This document shows positions 1 through 12,249 of a stretch of 64,000 bases of DNA, in pieces; position 1 is the stretch's first letter, and each line of letters opens with the position of its first letter. Source of the DNA: Octopus sinensis (lineage: Eukaryota); NCBI RefSeq assembly GCF_006345805.1, contig NC_042998.1:6572001-6636000 (forward strand), read 5' to 3'. The position numbers and the translations under genes are program-made. Under the pieces are notes generated by a model that did no database searches, had not been told where the DNA came from, and saw only the letters and a list, made by a program, of their open reading frames with translations.

Positions 1-555
1 CCTCTAATTAGCTCACTCCCTCCATCAAATTACCTGAACAGGTGCATAATGTACCACAGATCAGGTGTTGAAGTGATCATAGAGCAATGTGAAGAGTTTT
101 GCTCAAGAGCACATTGCACCACCCCAGCCATGAATTGAAACCGTGATCTTGCAATCAAGTGTGTAACACCCAAACCACAAGGCCACACCTCCTCACAATC
201 TATAATGATCATAACAAGCATTCAGCTCCTGCCATGCAAACAAGTGGCAAATCCACTTCTAATGAAAAACATTTCCTCCAATGCAGATTAATAGATAAAT
301 GGAAAATCAATAGATAAACCAATAGATTAAAATAAAATCGATAGATGAAACAAGATTATTGATTACTAACTTAATCACTTGGCCTCACAGTTTGAGGGAG
401 GGAAAAATTGATCATACCAAACTCAGTGCTGGGTTGGAACTATCGAGAGAAGCAGCTTTAGTTTGACTATCTGTCTCTCTGTGAAATCAGCAAAATAAGT
501 ATGAATAGTACTCTAGGACAGGTTGGTATAGTGTTACTAATTTACACTTACACTT

Positions 556-758
556 ATACTTTTACTTGTTTCAGTCATTTTGACTGCGACCATGCTGGAG
601 CACCGCCTTTAGTTGCGCAAATCAACCCCAGGACTTATTCTTTGTAAGCCTAGTACTTATTCTATCGGTCTCATTTGCTGAACTGCTAAGTTACAGGGAC
701 GTAAACACACCAGCAGCGGTTGTCAAGTGACATTGGGGGGACAAATACAGACACACAA

Positions 759-826
<68 letters not shown>

Positions 827-1100
827 CATCATCATCATCATCGTTTAACGTCTGTTTTCCATGCTAGCATGGGTTGGACATAAATATATATATGTATATA
901 TATACACATACATATATATATATACATATACATATATACGATGGGCTTCTTTCAGTTTCTGTCTACCAAATCTACTCACAAGGCTTTGGTCAGCCGAGGC
1001 TATAGTAGAAGACACTTGCCCAAGGTGCCACACAGTGGGAATGAACCTGGAACCATGTGGTTGGTAAGCAAGCTACTTACTACACAGCCACTCCTGCACC
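556..1100 (-). mobile_element. tRNA-derived SINE, family A
   Basis: Minus strand reads GGTGCAGGAGTGGCTGTGT..GGTTCCAGGTTCATTCCC (A/B-box-like head), CCTTGGGCAAGTGTCTTCT (CORE-like), an (AT)n/(GT)n middle and a ...GACTGAAACAAGTAAAA tail. More than 15 homologous copies occur in the window. Confidence 0.85.
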
Positions 1101-1504
1101 TGAATTTAATGCACTTTTCGTAATTTTGAGAATGAACTTTAGGTTAAAAACGTAAATGTAATTGCTGTTATTGATCAACCCTAACTCATCTCTGATCAAA
1201 TGGAGGCACATGGAATGGTGGTTAGGGTGTTGGACTCATGATCACAAGGTCATGGTTTCAATCCCTGGACCAGGTGATGCATTGTGTTCTTAAACAAAGC
1301 ACTTCATTTCATGTTGCTCCAGTCCACTGAGTAATCCTGTGATGGGCCAGCGTCCCATCCAGGAAGAAATATAAACACTAGTGAAACAGGGAAACTGGCC
1401 CTAAGCCCCTTAGGGAGTAATGTAGACTAACACCATCTCTGATCAAGCAAAACCATGATCAAATGCATTCCAGACATGGTCAATGTCATATTGTATAACT
1501 AAGA

Positions 1505-1702
1505 CTATTTTCATTATTTACATTATTTACATTTGACAGATATTTGTCCTCATCTTTGTTGACAACACAACGTTTCGGTTGATATACCCCCCAGCCTTCA
1601 TCAGGTGTCTTAGGGAAATTGCGAACCTGGGTTCTCATTCCTAAGGTATTTTTCAATGTTGTTATTGTTGTTGTTGTTGTTGTTGTTATTATTATTATTA
1701 TA

Positions 1703-1776
<74 letters not shown>

Positions 1777-1855
1777 CATTATTATTATTATATGGAATCG
1801 AACACGGAATCTTGGGGTTAGTAGCCCACACTCTTAACCAATACGCCATATGTCC
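1505..1855 (-). mobile_element. tRNA-headed short element carrying a hammerhead-like motif (copy 1)
   Basis: Minus strand: head GGCGTATTGGTTAAGAGTGTGGGCTACTAACCCCAAGATTCCGTGTTCGATTCC, then (AAT)n, a conserved body, an HHR-like motif and an (AATGTAAAT)n tail. Colinear with 30540-30865. Confidence 0.8.
1564..1609 (-). ncRNA. Minimal type-I hammerhead ribozyme-like motif
   Basis: GACAC-CTGATGA-A-GGCTG..CAACC-GAAA-CGTT-GTGTT: stem I GACAC/GTGTT, canonical core, stem II 4/5 paired, palindromic AACGTT stem III. Confidence 0.7.
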
Positions 1856-2486
1856 TTTCCTTTATTTAAGACAGTAAGATGTGATTTAGAGTATATTTAG
1901 CTACTATTTTTATCAAGCAAGCAACCACTGAAAGACACTATCATTAGCTTGGAGAGATGATTGTGTGGCTTGCATAATTAGAGGTTAATTGGTTATTCTC
2001 ATCAGAGGCAAGCATGGTTGTGAGATTAAGAAGTTTGCTTTGTAACCATGTGGTCTCAAGTTCAGTCCCATTGTACAGTACCTTGGACAAGTGCCTTCTA
2101 CTATTATAGTCCTGAGCCAACCAAAAGTACCTTGTGGTTGGATTTGGTAGACAGAAACTGTATGGAAGCCAATTGCGAATGTGAGTGTGTGTGTGTGCAC
2201 ATGCATGTGTATGTGTGTCTTTGTATCTGTAGTTGTTCATTCTGCTGTTTAATAACCAGTGTTGGTTTGTTTACATCCCTGTAACTTGGGAGTTACAGTT
2301 CAGTAATGGAGATCGATAAAAAAAGCAAAGTACAAGGGTCAATTCATTCAGTTAAGCCCTTCAAAGCAGGGCTCCATTGCGACTGCAATCCAATGACAGA
2401 AATGAGGAAAAGATGGAAGATTAATGAGCAGTTCTACCAAATATAAAAGTGCCAATGCAACCACAAAAGTACTAATTCTATCTTAC

Positions 2487-2531
2487 TAATTCCATCGAAT
2501 GACAATTGATGGAGTTTCTTTAAATATCAAA
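2487..2531 (-). CDS. Candidate 45-nt coding exon (xLIFKETPSIVIRWNx), host gene unknown
   Basis: Acceptor tttttttctttctcaag, donor gtaaga, open in phase 2-2. No homology recognised. Confidence 0.25.
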
Positions 2532-2694
2532 CTTGAGAAAGAAAAAAATTGATTACTTTTGAATAATGGTTTCAAAATTTGGCTCCAGACCAGCAATTAC
2601 TGGGAAGGGTGTAAGTTGATTACATCAACCCCAGTGCTCAATTAGTACTTATTTTATTGACCCTTAAAGAATAAAAGGCAAAGTCATCCTCAGT

Positions 2695-3077
2695 GGTGCA
2701 GGAGTGGCTGTGTGGTAAGTAGCGTGCTAACCAACCACATGGTTCCGGGTTCAGTCCCACTGCGTGGCACCTTGGGCAAGTGTCTTCTACTATAGCCTCG
2801 GGCCAACCAATGCCTTGTGAGTGGATTTGGTAGACGGAAACTGAAAGAAGCCTGTCGTATGTATGTGTGCGTGTGTTTGTGTGTCTGTGTTTGTCCCCCT
2901 AGCATTGCTTGACAACTGATGCTGGTGTGTTTATGTCCCCGTCACTTAGCGGTTCGGCAAAAGAGACTGATAGCATAAGTACTAGGCTTACAAAGAATAA
3001 GTCCCAGGGTCGAGTTGCTCGATTAAAGGCGGTGCTCCAGCATGGCCACAATCAAATGACTGAAACAAGTAAAAGAG
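2695..3077 (+). mobile_element. SINE family A inserted in a family-B SINE
   Basis: Full-length copy from GGTGCAGGAGTGGCTGTGTGG to GAAACAAGTAAAAGAG, flanked by 133-bp direct repeats. Confidence 0.85.
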
Positions 3078-3558
3078 TAATGGTTTCAAACTTTGGCTCC
3101 AGACCAGCAACTGCAGGGGAGGGTGTAAGATGATTACAACAACCCCAGTGCTCAATTAGTACTTATTTTATTGACCCTTAAAGAATAAAAGGCAAAGTCA
3201 TCCTCAGTGGAATTTGAACTCAGAATGTAAAGACAGACAAAATACTGCTAAGCATTTTGCCCAGGGTGCTAACGATTCTGCCAGCTCGCTGCCTTTTTTT
3301 TCCATTTCTAATATATTAGAAATGAATAAGCCTTTACTAAGTACCTCAATTGTTTTACTGGTAACACAATAAATTTTCCTTTTGTTTATCTCTCTGTCAG
3401 TTCTATTCAATTACTAAATTTAGATTTTAGATATTTGCTATTTTTGTGAACAAAAAAAAAAAATAAGAGAGAAAAGGAAAGAAATCATATTTCCTATTTT
3501 TGCAATGTACATCCATACATATATACATATATATTAATATAGTATACATACATATATT

Positions 3559-3636
<78 letters not shown>

Positions 3637-3647
3637 CTACATATATT

Positions 3648-3696
<49 letters not shown>

Positions 3697-3971
3697 TATA
3701 TATATAAATATATATATATATAATATATATAATATAATAGACGCATACATACAAATAGACATGCACGCACGCATGCACACACATACGCGTTACAGGGAAT
3801 ACATTTATATGAAGTTCAAACTCACCCTTGAACATTATTATTATTTATGGAAGATACCATAGGAAAATTTAGAGGAGATGAAAACTTTAAACAATCTTTA
3901 TTGATCTCAGAATAAATACAATCCTGAAAATAACTATTTTATCTTTACAGTTATTATTATTATCATCATCA

Positions 3972-4023
<52 letters not shown>

Positions 4024-4074
4024 CGTCATCGTCATCATCATCATCATTATTATTATTATTATTATTATTATTTT

Positions 4075-4229
4075 TCCGCCGAGGTCGACTTTGCCTTTCA
4101 TCCTTTCGGGGTCGATTAAATAAGTACCAGTTACGCTCTGGAATCGATGTAACCGACTTAATCCCTTTGTCTGTCCTTGTTTGTCCCCTCTATGTTTAGT
4201 CCCCTGTGGGCAATAAAGAAATAAAAGAA

Positions 4230-4232
<3 letters not shown>
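4075..4232 (+). mobile_element. SINE family B (5' truncated)
   Basis: GAGGTCGACTTTGCCTTTCATCCTTTCGGGGTCGATTAAATAAGTACCAG central domain and AAAGAAATAA tail. Confidence 0.8.
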
Positions 4233-4282
<50 letters not shown>

Positions 4283-4311
4283 CATCGTCAATTATTATTA
4301 TTATTTTATTA

Positions 4312-4346
<35 letters not shown>

Positions 4347-4456
4347 CATTATTTTTATTATTATTATCATCATCATTATCATATCATTATTATTATTATT
4401 ATATTATTATTATCATCATCATCATTATTATTATTATTATTATTATTATCATCATC

Positions 4457-4488
<32 letters not shown>

Positions 4489-4619
4489 CATCATCATCAT
4501 TATCATTATTATTATTATTATTATATTATTATCATTATCATCATCATCATCATCATCTTTATCATTATTATTATTATTATATTTTATATTATTATTATTA
4601 TTATTATTATTATATTATT

Positions 4620-4666
<47 letters not shown>

Positions 4667-4676
4667 ATTATTATTA

Positions 4677-4709
<33 letters not shown>

Positions 4710-4790
4710 ATCATTATTATTATTATTTTTTATCATTATCATTATCATTATCATTATCATCATTATTATTATTATTATCGTCATTATTTT
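4233..4790. repeat. (ATT/ATC)n compound trinucleotide microsatellite
   Basis: Directly visible; it explains ORF 4206..4838. Confidence 0.95.
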
Positions 4791-4799
4791 CTCTTTATC

Positions 4800-5620
4800 A
4801 CAGGTTTTGTTGGAGCTCCTGGACTCTTGCATTCATAGCAAGCTTACTACCTGCAGTCTACGGTACAATGCTACTCATTCTTTTCGGCTGTCTACTACTT
4901 TCTTGATTATTCTGGCCGTGCCAAGGAGGCAAATCTTTTCTAACAGTTCTACTGGGCACTCTATTCCAATTTCCTTTATATTTCTCTTGATGCCTTCTTA
5001 TACTGTTCCCAAGGATCCAATAATAATTGGCACTATCTTCACTTCCTTCATTTACCATAGCCGGGTTATTTCATACTTAAGATGGTTGTATTTATCTAAT
5101 TTTTCGCCTTCCCTCTTGACCCTATTTCTGGGTCAAAGTGGCATGCAACATCAACTAAATAGCATATGTGGTACATCTTCTCCACCACCACTAGGTCTGC
5201 TCTAGCACATGATCTGTTTGGACTGGGAAATCCAAGAAGATTTTGCTAGTCTCTGACTCCACCACTCACTGCAGCTTGTATTCATACCATGTCTTGCTTC
5301 TCTCTCAGTTTCCAAAGTAGCACTCTCGCTACCTGGTTATGTTGCCACAACTTGTAGTAGTTTTGGGCAAGTCTCGGGCATTCGTTTGTGATATGGGCAA
5401 TGGTTTCATCCACCCTATTGCAGATGCTGCACGGTGGAGACACTTGCTTATTCCTAAGGTTGACCCTCCAGTTCTTGGCCAAAGCTTGGTCTTGCACTGC
5501 CAGTAAAGTGCTCTTGGTCTCTATTTTAGGGTTCCTTTCATCAGCCAATTCCACCTATTTTTTCCAACAACTTCTATTGTGGCTACATGGAATTGATTGT
5601 ATAGTCCTTTCTTGTGCAAT
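4800..5620 (-). mobile_element. 3' fragment of an RLE-type (Dong/R4-like) non-LTR retrotransposon, pseudogenised
   Basis: Translates to LLAVQDQAL..CSICNRVDETIAHITNECPRLAQ..HNQVARVLLWKL (CCHC knuckle) and IVPIIIGSLGTV*..LLEKICLLGTARIIKKV (typical RLE C-terminus). Flanked by (TAA)n-type repeats. Confidence 0.75.
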
Positions 5621-5631
5621 CCTTCTTCATG

Positions 5632-5678
<47 letters not shown>

Positions 5679-5708
5679 CATCATCATCATTATTCAGTAG
5701 TTTTGTGT

Positions 5709-5746
<38 letters not shown>

Positions 5747-6036
5747 GTTATGTATGTATGTATGTATGTATGTATGTATACATCTATGTTTCAAGCTACT
5801 TGGCTTTCGTCAATGAGATGGACCTAAAAGAGGCAACTCTGAATGAACTTATAAAGCTGTAGTCTTATGTATAATTCAGTCAATTCATTGACTGATTTGC
5901 ACTAGTAGATCACCTGACGAAGGTAAATAACAAAGTGTCAGAGCTAAGCAGTGTGTAAGTATGAGCAGAATTAGGTATATATAAGTATGTATGTATATGT
6001 GTACATATGTATGTGTATATATATATATAAATATAC

Positions 6037-6207
6037 ATTGTATAAAGGACCGTAGGTAAGACCAAAACAATGTGAAGTAAATGCAAGGTAAATCACAAGA
6101 AAACAAATATGTGAATTAACGCAAACTTACATACATATTTGTTTTCTTGTGACTTACTTTGCATTTACTTTGCATTGTTTTGGCCTTACCCATGATCCTT
6201 TATACAA
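6037..6207. repeat. Fold-back inverted repeat (~75-bp arms, ~20-bp loop)
   Basis: tgtataaagga..aaacaaatatgt pairs with acatatttgttt..tcctttataca with several mismatches. Confidence 0.85.
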
Positions 6208-6259
6208 CATATTCTACACAATGCTTTCATAGTAATTATTCCATTATATGTATGTATGT

Positions 6260-6478
6260 ATGTAAAGTTAATCCAAACAAGAAAGCACAAAAAAACACAC
6301 AACAACGTGAGGAAGTGGAACAAGTATAGTATTATTGGACGCTCAGGAAAGAAGGAAAGAAGGAGGGTTTAACGTTCCGAGCGGAGCTCTTCGTCGGAAA
6401 CATAGGAGAATGAAAGATCCAGCGAAGGGAAGACAGAGGAAAAAAAATCGCCAACGGTACACACGAGGTCACATTTTG
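6260..6478 (-). mobile_element. Short HHR-bearing repeat, family 2 (copy 1)
   Basis: Reverse complement of 57848-58060. Contains GTTT-CCGACGA-A-GAGC-TCC-GCTC-GGAA-CGTT-AAAC at 6367-6401 and is flanked by (TATG)n. Confidence 0.7.
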
Positions 6479-7093
6479 TATGTATGTATGTATGTATGTA
6501 TGTATGTATGTATGTATGTATGTATGTATGTATTATGTTTGTATGTTTGTTTGTATGTGTGTATATTTAAATATAATTCATGACTGTTTATATGTGTCCA
6601 CATGTATAAATATTGAAATTTGTATATGTGTGTTAAATGATTAGCTGAAATAAAAACAAGTCAGTAAGCAAGCTTTTTTTCTTCTTTTTCCTGTCACAAT
6701 GAATAATTGATTTCTATTCATTTACTCACTCCTTGTTTTCTGTCACACAAATAGACAGATATTTACTTTGTCTCTGTTCTACCAAAAGTCATTTATATAT
6801 GAATGCAGTTTTTATGAAGTGTTATCAATAACACAGAGGCTGTGCTATAGAAATATGTCAAGAAAAAATAAACATTTATTGTAACATAATCATATTTAGA
6901 TACCATGGCTAAGGGGAACCTAATTCAGATAGATGACTAATCACTATTGACCATAGTAATATCAATAATTTAATTCAGGGGTCCCCAAAAACTGGGCCAC
7001 AAACCAATAGTGGGCCACCTAGAGAGAATAAATTTAAAATTTTTTTTCTATTTTATTGTTTATCACAGTCTTCAAAAATTACTACTTCAGTTT

Positions 7094-7193
7094 NNNNNNN
7101 NNNNNNNNNNNNNNNNNNNNNNNNNNNNNNNNNNNNNNNNNNNNNNNNNNNNNNNNNNNNNNNNNNNNNNNNNNNNNNNNNNNNNNNNNNNNN
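7094..7193. other. Assembly gap (100 N)
   Basis: Run of n. Confidence 1.
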
Positions 7194-7849
7194 CTTGACA
7201 TTAACTAGTTGAGCCTGTCCCTTAGTGACTCATGACATGTGCATTTCTTATCTTGAGCAGAAGTAGTTGGGGAACATTATAGTTATATGTTGAGAGGAAT
7301 TCTTTGGGGTTTGGATAATTCACCTTTGGAAACATGGGTGTTTCATTCAACATCCTTAAACAACCTTTATTCAGGGACATTTTCAATGGGATGGGCTAGT
7401 CGACCTGTGAAGAAATTTCTAACTGGGCCCCACATGCAAGTTCATGTACTCTCTATCTTGATATGAGATCACCGTGTCGTGCACATTTGGTTGTGATGCA
7501 TGTGCCTGGTGTACCCTTATCAGACAGGTAGTCATGATGGGTATACTGGTTTCGTATATTTTACCCCAGAGTCACTTTGATGGCATGCACTGTTCTCTCA
7601 CTCAATGATATAATAATAATAATAATAATCCTTTCTACTTCAGGAACAAGGCCTGAAATTTAGGGAAGGGAGCTTGTTGATTACATTGACCCCAGTACTC
7701 AACTGGTACTTATTTTATCGACCCCAAAAAGAATGAAAGGCAGAATTTGAACTCAGAAATTGAAAATGGGCAAAATACTACAAAGTATTTTGCCCTTCAT
7801 GCTAATGATTCTGCCAGCCCCTTTCATAATAATAATAATTAATTCTGGT

Positions 7850-8205
7850 TTTATCGGCCACAAGGGCTAAGATAAATCAAAAAAACATGTAAGGACAAAT
7901 ACAGGACGAAAAGTACAAAGGGTTTTGCAAAAATGAAAGATCCATGTAAACATTAAAATAACAGCGAAAAATATAGCAAATAAAACTCCCAGTGAGGAAG
8001 TCACTTTGAACGGTTACTTGTGGAAAAACCCATAAAAGCCATGGAAGCCAGGTCAAAAAGGGGTAGAGAGCCTCCTTCTTTTTTATTACCTTTTTTTTTA
8101 CAGGTGTAACCTCAGAATTGGTCCGTTCATACTGGCCATTTTACCAACATTCACCCACCTTTCAATAAATTTGCTACAAGACAGCACTTCCCTCTCTACT
8201 CTCAT
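7850..8205 (-). mobile_element. 3' end fragment of an L1/Tx1-like LINE
   Basis: Minus translation RVEREVLSCSKFIERWVNVGKMASMNGPILR resembles the terminal residues of Tx1-type ORF2, followed by a 3' UTR-like segment. Confidence 0.45.
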
Positions 8206-8210
8206 CTTCC

Positions 8211-8242
<32 letters not shown>

Positions 8243-8880
8243 CTTTTCTGCTAAAGCCACAGGGCCTGAAATTTGGGGAGAGGGGACTAGTCAATTACAT
8301 CGACCCTAGTGTTTCACTGGTACATAATTTGCCGACCCCAAAAGGATGAAATGCAAAGTCGACCCCAGCAGAATTTGAACTCAGAATGTCGTGATGGGTG
8401 GAATACTGCCGAGCATTTTGTCCTCCATGCTAATGATTCTGCCAGCTTGCTGCCAGATCAGTTGAAACAATGCTAAGAGTGCATAAATCTTCCAGTTTGT
8501 TGAAAAATTGTTTTGCCTGAAACCAGTCTGTGATGCAAAAAAAAAAAAGGTGATTCTACAAAAACAAAATGTTGACTTTAAACTGTTCCTCTGATGCAGA
8601 TTCTTCTGAAATAACAGATTATTTTTCGTATTTCCCACTATGCCCTTACATACATATAGACACACATTCATTCATTATTGTATATATGATGATGATGACG
8701 ACGACGACGATGATGATGATGATGATGATGATGATGACGACGATGATGATGATGAATCAATAATACTTATTGTTACTATTTTCTGTTTGACCTTTTGTTG
8801 TTGTTTTATGCTATTGTATGTTATTTCATAAAAAGTGAGAATGAATGAAAATAATACAGAAATAGGTTTTAAAGAAGGCC

Positions 8881-8947
<67 letters not shown>

Positions 8948-8995
8948 GTGATAATAATAATAATAATAATAATAATATAATAATAATAATATAAT

Positions 8996-9079
<84 letters not shown>

Positions 9080-9239
9080 ATAAATAATGAATAAAATAAA
9101 GGATATTTCAGTTATTCAAGTTAGTAGATTTATGGAAATATGATTGGATATGCATCACATTTTTTTGTCATATATAACTTACCTAGATATATATGAATGT
9201 CTATGTATGTACGTATATATATGTGTACATATATATTTA

Positions 9240-9270
<31 letters not shown>

Positions 9271-9290
9271 GTGTGTGTACATATACATAT

Positions 9291-9365
<75 letters not shown>

Positions 9366-9446
9366 CATATATACATACATACACACATATATATACATAT
9401 ATACATACATATATATACTTATATATATATAGGCATACACATGCAT

Positions 9447-9482
<36 letters not shown>

Positions 9483-10027
9483 GTTGTTGACAATGTATCA
9501 TTGCTCTAAGGTATAAATGTATTGCAGACCTTAATCATATTACTATATTTGATGCATTTATAAAATGATCACTGATACTATCTATTTTTATAGTTTTTCC
9601 TAAATTTAATGTAGAGAGCATGTGAATGCTACATGTCATTTATATAACTCTATCACTTCTGTATATGCTGTGAAGATTATATATAGGATAGATACAGATT
9701 GGACTTGTTATTTACTCAATGTAGTTTTGCATATTTATTTTTGCTTTGTTTTTATTAGTTGTCATTATTTATTAAGTGTATTGCATATTTTTATCTTATC
9801 CAGCTGTTCATATGTTTGTTTTATTTTATATATATATATTTTATTTTATTTCTTTATTTCATTTCTTTAACCTTTTGGTAATTTAAATTTTACTATCAGA
9901 TTCTGTTATTATTATCCAGCATATCACAGTCTCAAACTGTTCAGCTCCAAAGTAATTTTTTTTTCTTTCTTATATGATTCCATAAACCATATATCTATTT
10001 TATAAGTTATTAAAACCATTTTTAAAG

Positions 10028-10097
10028 GTTTGACAGATATGATAAGCACCGCTGGCCCTAGGGCTGCTGGTGCTCCACTCGGGGAAGCTAAATTTCG
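10028..10097 (+). CDS. Candidate 70-nt coding exon (GLTDMISTAGPRAAGAPLGEAKFR), host gene unknown
   Basis: GC-rich unique island in AT-rich DNA, with acceptor ccatttttaaag, donor gtatac and an open frame in phase 1-2. Confidence 0.35.
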
Positions 10098-10100
10098 GTA

Positions 10101-10326
10101 TACTCTTTACTCTTTTACTCTTTTACTTGTTTCAGTTATTTGACTGCGGCCATGCTGGAGCACCGCCTTTAATCGAGCAACTCGACCCCGGAACTTATTC
10201 TTTTGTAAGCCCAGTACTTATTCTATTGGTCACTTCTGACGAACCGCTAACTGACAGGGACATAAACACACCAGCATCAGTTGTCAAGCAATGCTAGGAG
10301 GACAAACACAGACACAAACACACACA

Positions 10327-10360
<34 letters not shown>

Positions 10361-10912
10361 ACGGGCTTCTTTCAGTTTCCGTCTACCAAATCCACTCACA
10401 AGGCTTTGGTCGGCCCGAGGCTATAGTAGAAGACACTTGCCCAAGGTGCCACGCAGTGGGACTGAACCCGGAACCATGTGGTTGGTAAGCAAGCTACTTA
10501 CCACACAGCCACTCCTGCGCCTAGAAATTCTTTTCTTTCATTCTTCTATTTGTTTCAGTCATTTGATTGTGGCCATGCTGGAGCACCACCTTTTAGTCGA
10601 GCAAACTGACCCCAGGACTTATTCTATCGGTCTCTCTTGCTGAACCGCTAAGTGATGGGGACATAAACACACCAGCATCAGTTGTCAAGCAATGTTGGAG
10701 GGACAAACACAGACACACAAACATATACATACACACATATATATATATATGATGGGCTTCTTTCAGTTTCTGTCTACCAAATCCACTCATAAGGGTTTGG
10801 TCGGCCCGAGGCTATAGTAGAAGACACTTGCCCAAGGTGCTACGCAGTGGGATTGAACCTGGAACCATGTGGTTCGTAAGCAAGCTACTTACCACACAGC
10901 CACTTCTGCACC
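10101..10912 (-). mobile_element. Two tandem SINE family A copies (10101-10521, ~10560-10912)
   Basis: Same head, CORE-like segment and tail as the other family A copies. Confidence 0.85.
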
Positions 10913-10969
<57 letters not shown>

Positions 10970-12249
10970 CATCATTATTATCATCCTCATCATCATTTAA
11001 CGTCTGTTTTCCTTGTTGGCATGGGTTGGAGGATTCGACTGAAAACAGTTAAGCTGGAGAGCTGTATCAGGTTCCAGTCTGATTTGGCATGATTTTCACA
11101 GCTGGAGGCTCTTCCTAAGAAACAGACATTGAAGCTTAGTTTAGTCTTCTGCCTTGCCAGCTCCTGTCAAAGTGTCCAACCCATGCCAGCATAGGAAGCA
11201 GACATTAAATGATGATGATGATGGTGATGACAATGATGGTTAGAATGCAAAAGTAGTTAATTATGAGATCACATAATTTAGAAAGGACTGGCGTAAGTAA
11301 TAAGGCTGATGAATAATTGGATGGTTGTCCCTACAGAAACACTATAAAAGGTGATAGCCTTCCATAGCAATCCCTCAGTGGACTCACTTCTATTTCATTA
11401 ACACAGACAAGTTTATACACCATGGAATGGTCATAGTATTTACTGTGCTTCTCTGACTGTGTGTCTGTCTATATACAAAAGGCATTTAAAAACTATCTAA
11501 CTTTATTTTTTCCCATTAAATCTAATGCCACATTAGCAAAATCCTTTGGGTGGGAAGCGACGCCACCCTTCCTGTGCATGAATAAAAATTTTCATGCTGT
11601 TAGGCCACATCAGTTCCATGTATTAGCTTGTGTGCTTTAATGGCTCTGATAACTATATCAATAGAGTGAAAGTTTCTGGTAGTGCTTTCCATGACAGACA
11701 GATCAAAGGTTAGCAGCCAGAAAAATATGGATCACCTCGCTTCAGAAGTAAAAGTAGGAGTGTGTAAGGCCAAAACCCCTATCTAAAAACAAAAACAAAG
11801 TTACAGAATTATTGATGACAATTCAAAACCAATATGACCAATGAGAAGAAGGCCTTCCTTTAGGGAGATATATGATGTGGGGCAGAAAAATCCAGAAGTA
11901 AAGTAGGGATCCAAGCAGAGAGAATCAGAAAAGACAGCCCAGATTTAATAACAGTGGAGACCTGTGTTCTGTAGAAAATAAAGGTCTTAGGTATACAATA
12001 TTATCCTAACTTTAGGGGTTTTTTTAAATTCCTTTCTTTCTTGATATATTCTCCCTTTTTTTGTTGTTGATTAGCTCAAGATTAGCTTTGATTGATCAGT
12101 CCCATGATTAAAGATATTCCATCTTTGATCATTCATATCTTATTTTCTGAATTTAGTGAAAAAAATTATTTTTCTTCAAATGCAGTGTATAGGCACCGAT
12201 ATGGCTGCATGGTTGCTAAATTCCTCACAGAACCCATTGATGACTCTTG

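Noticed and set aside
4206-4838. 210-aa I/L/Y-rich ORF
   Set aside because: (ATT/ATC)n microsatellite.
5905-5960. CACCTGACGAAGG possible HHR
   Set aside because: No GAAA or convincing stem II downstream; too degenerate to call.
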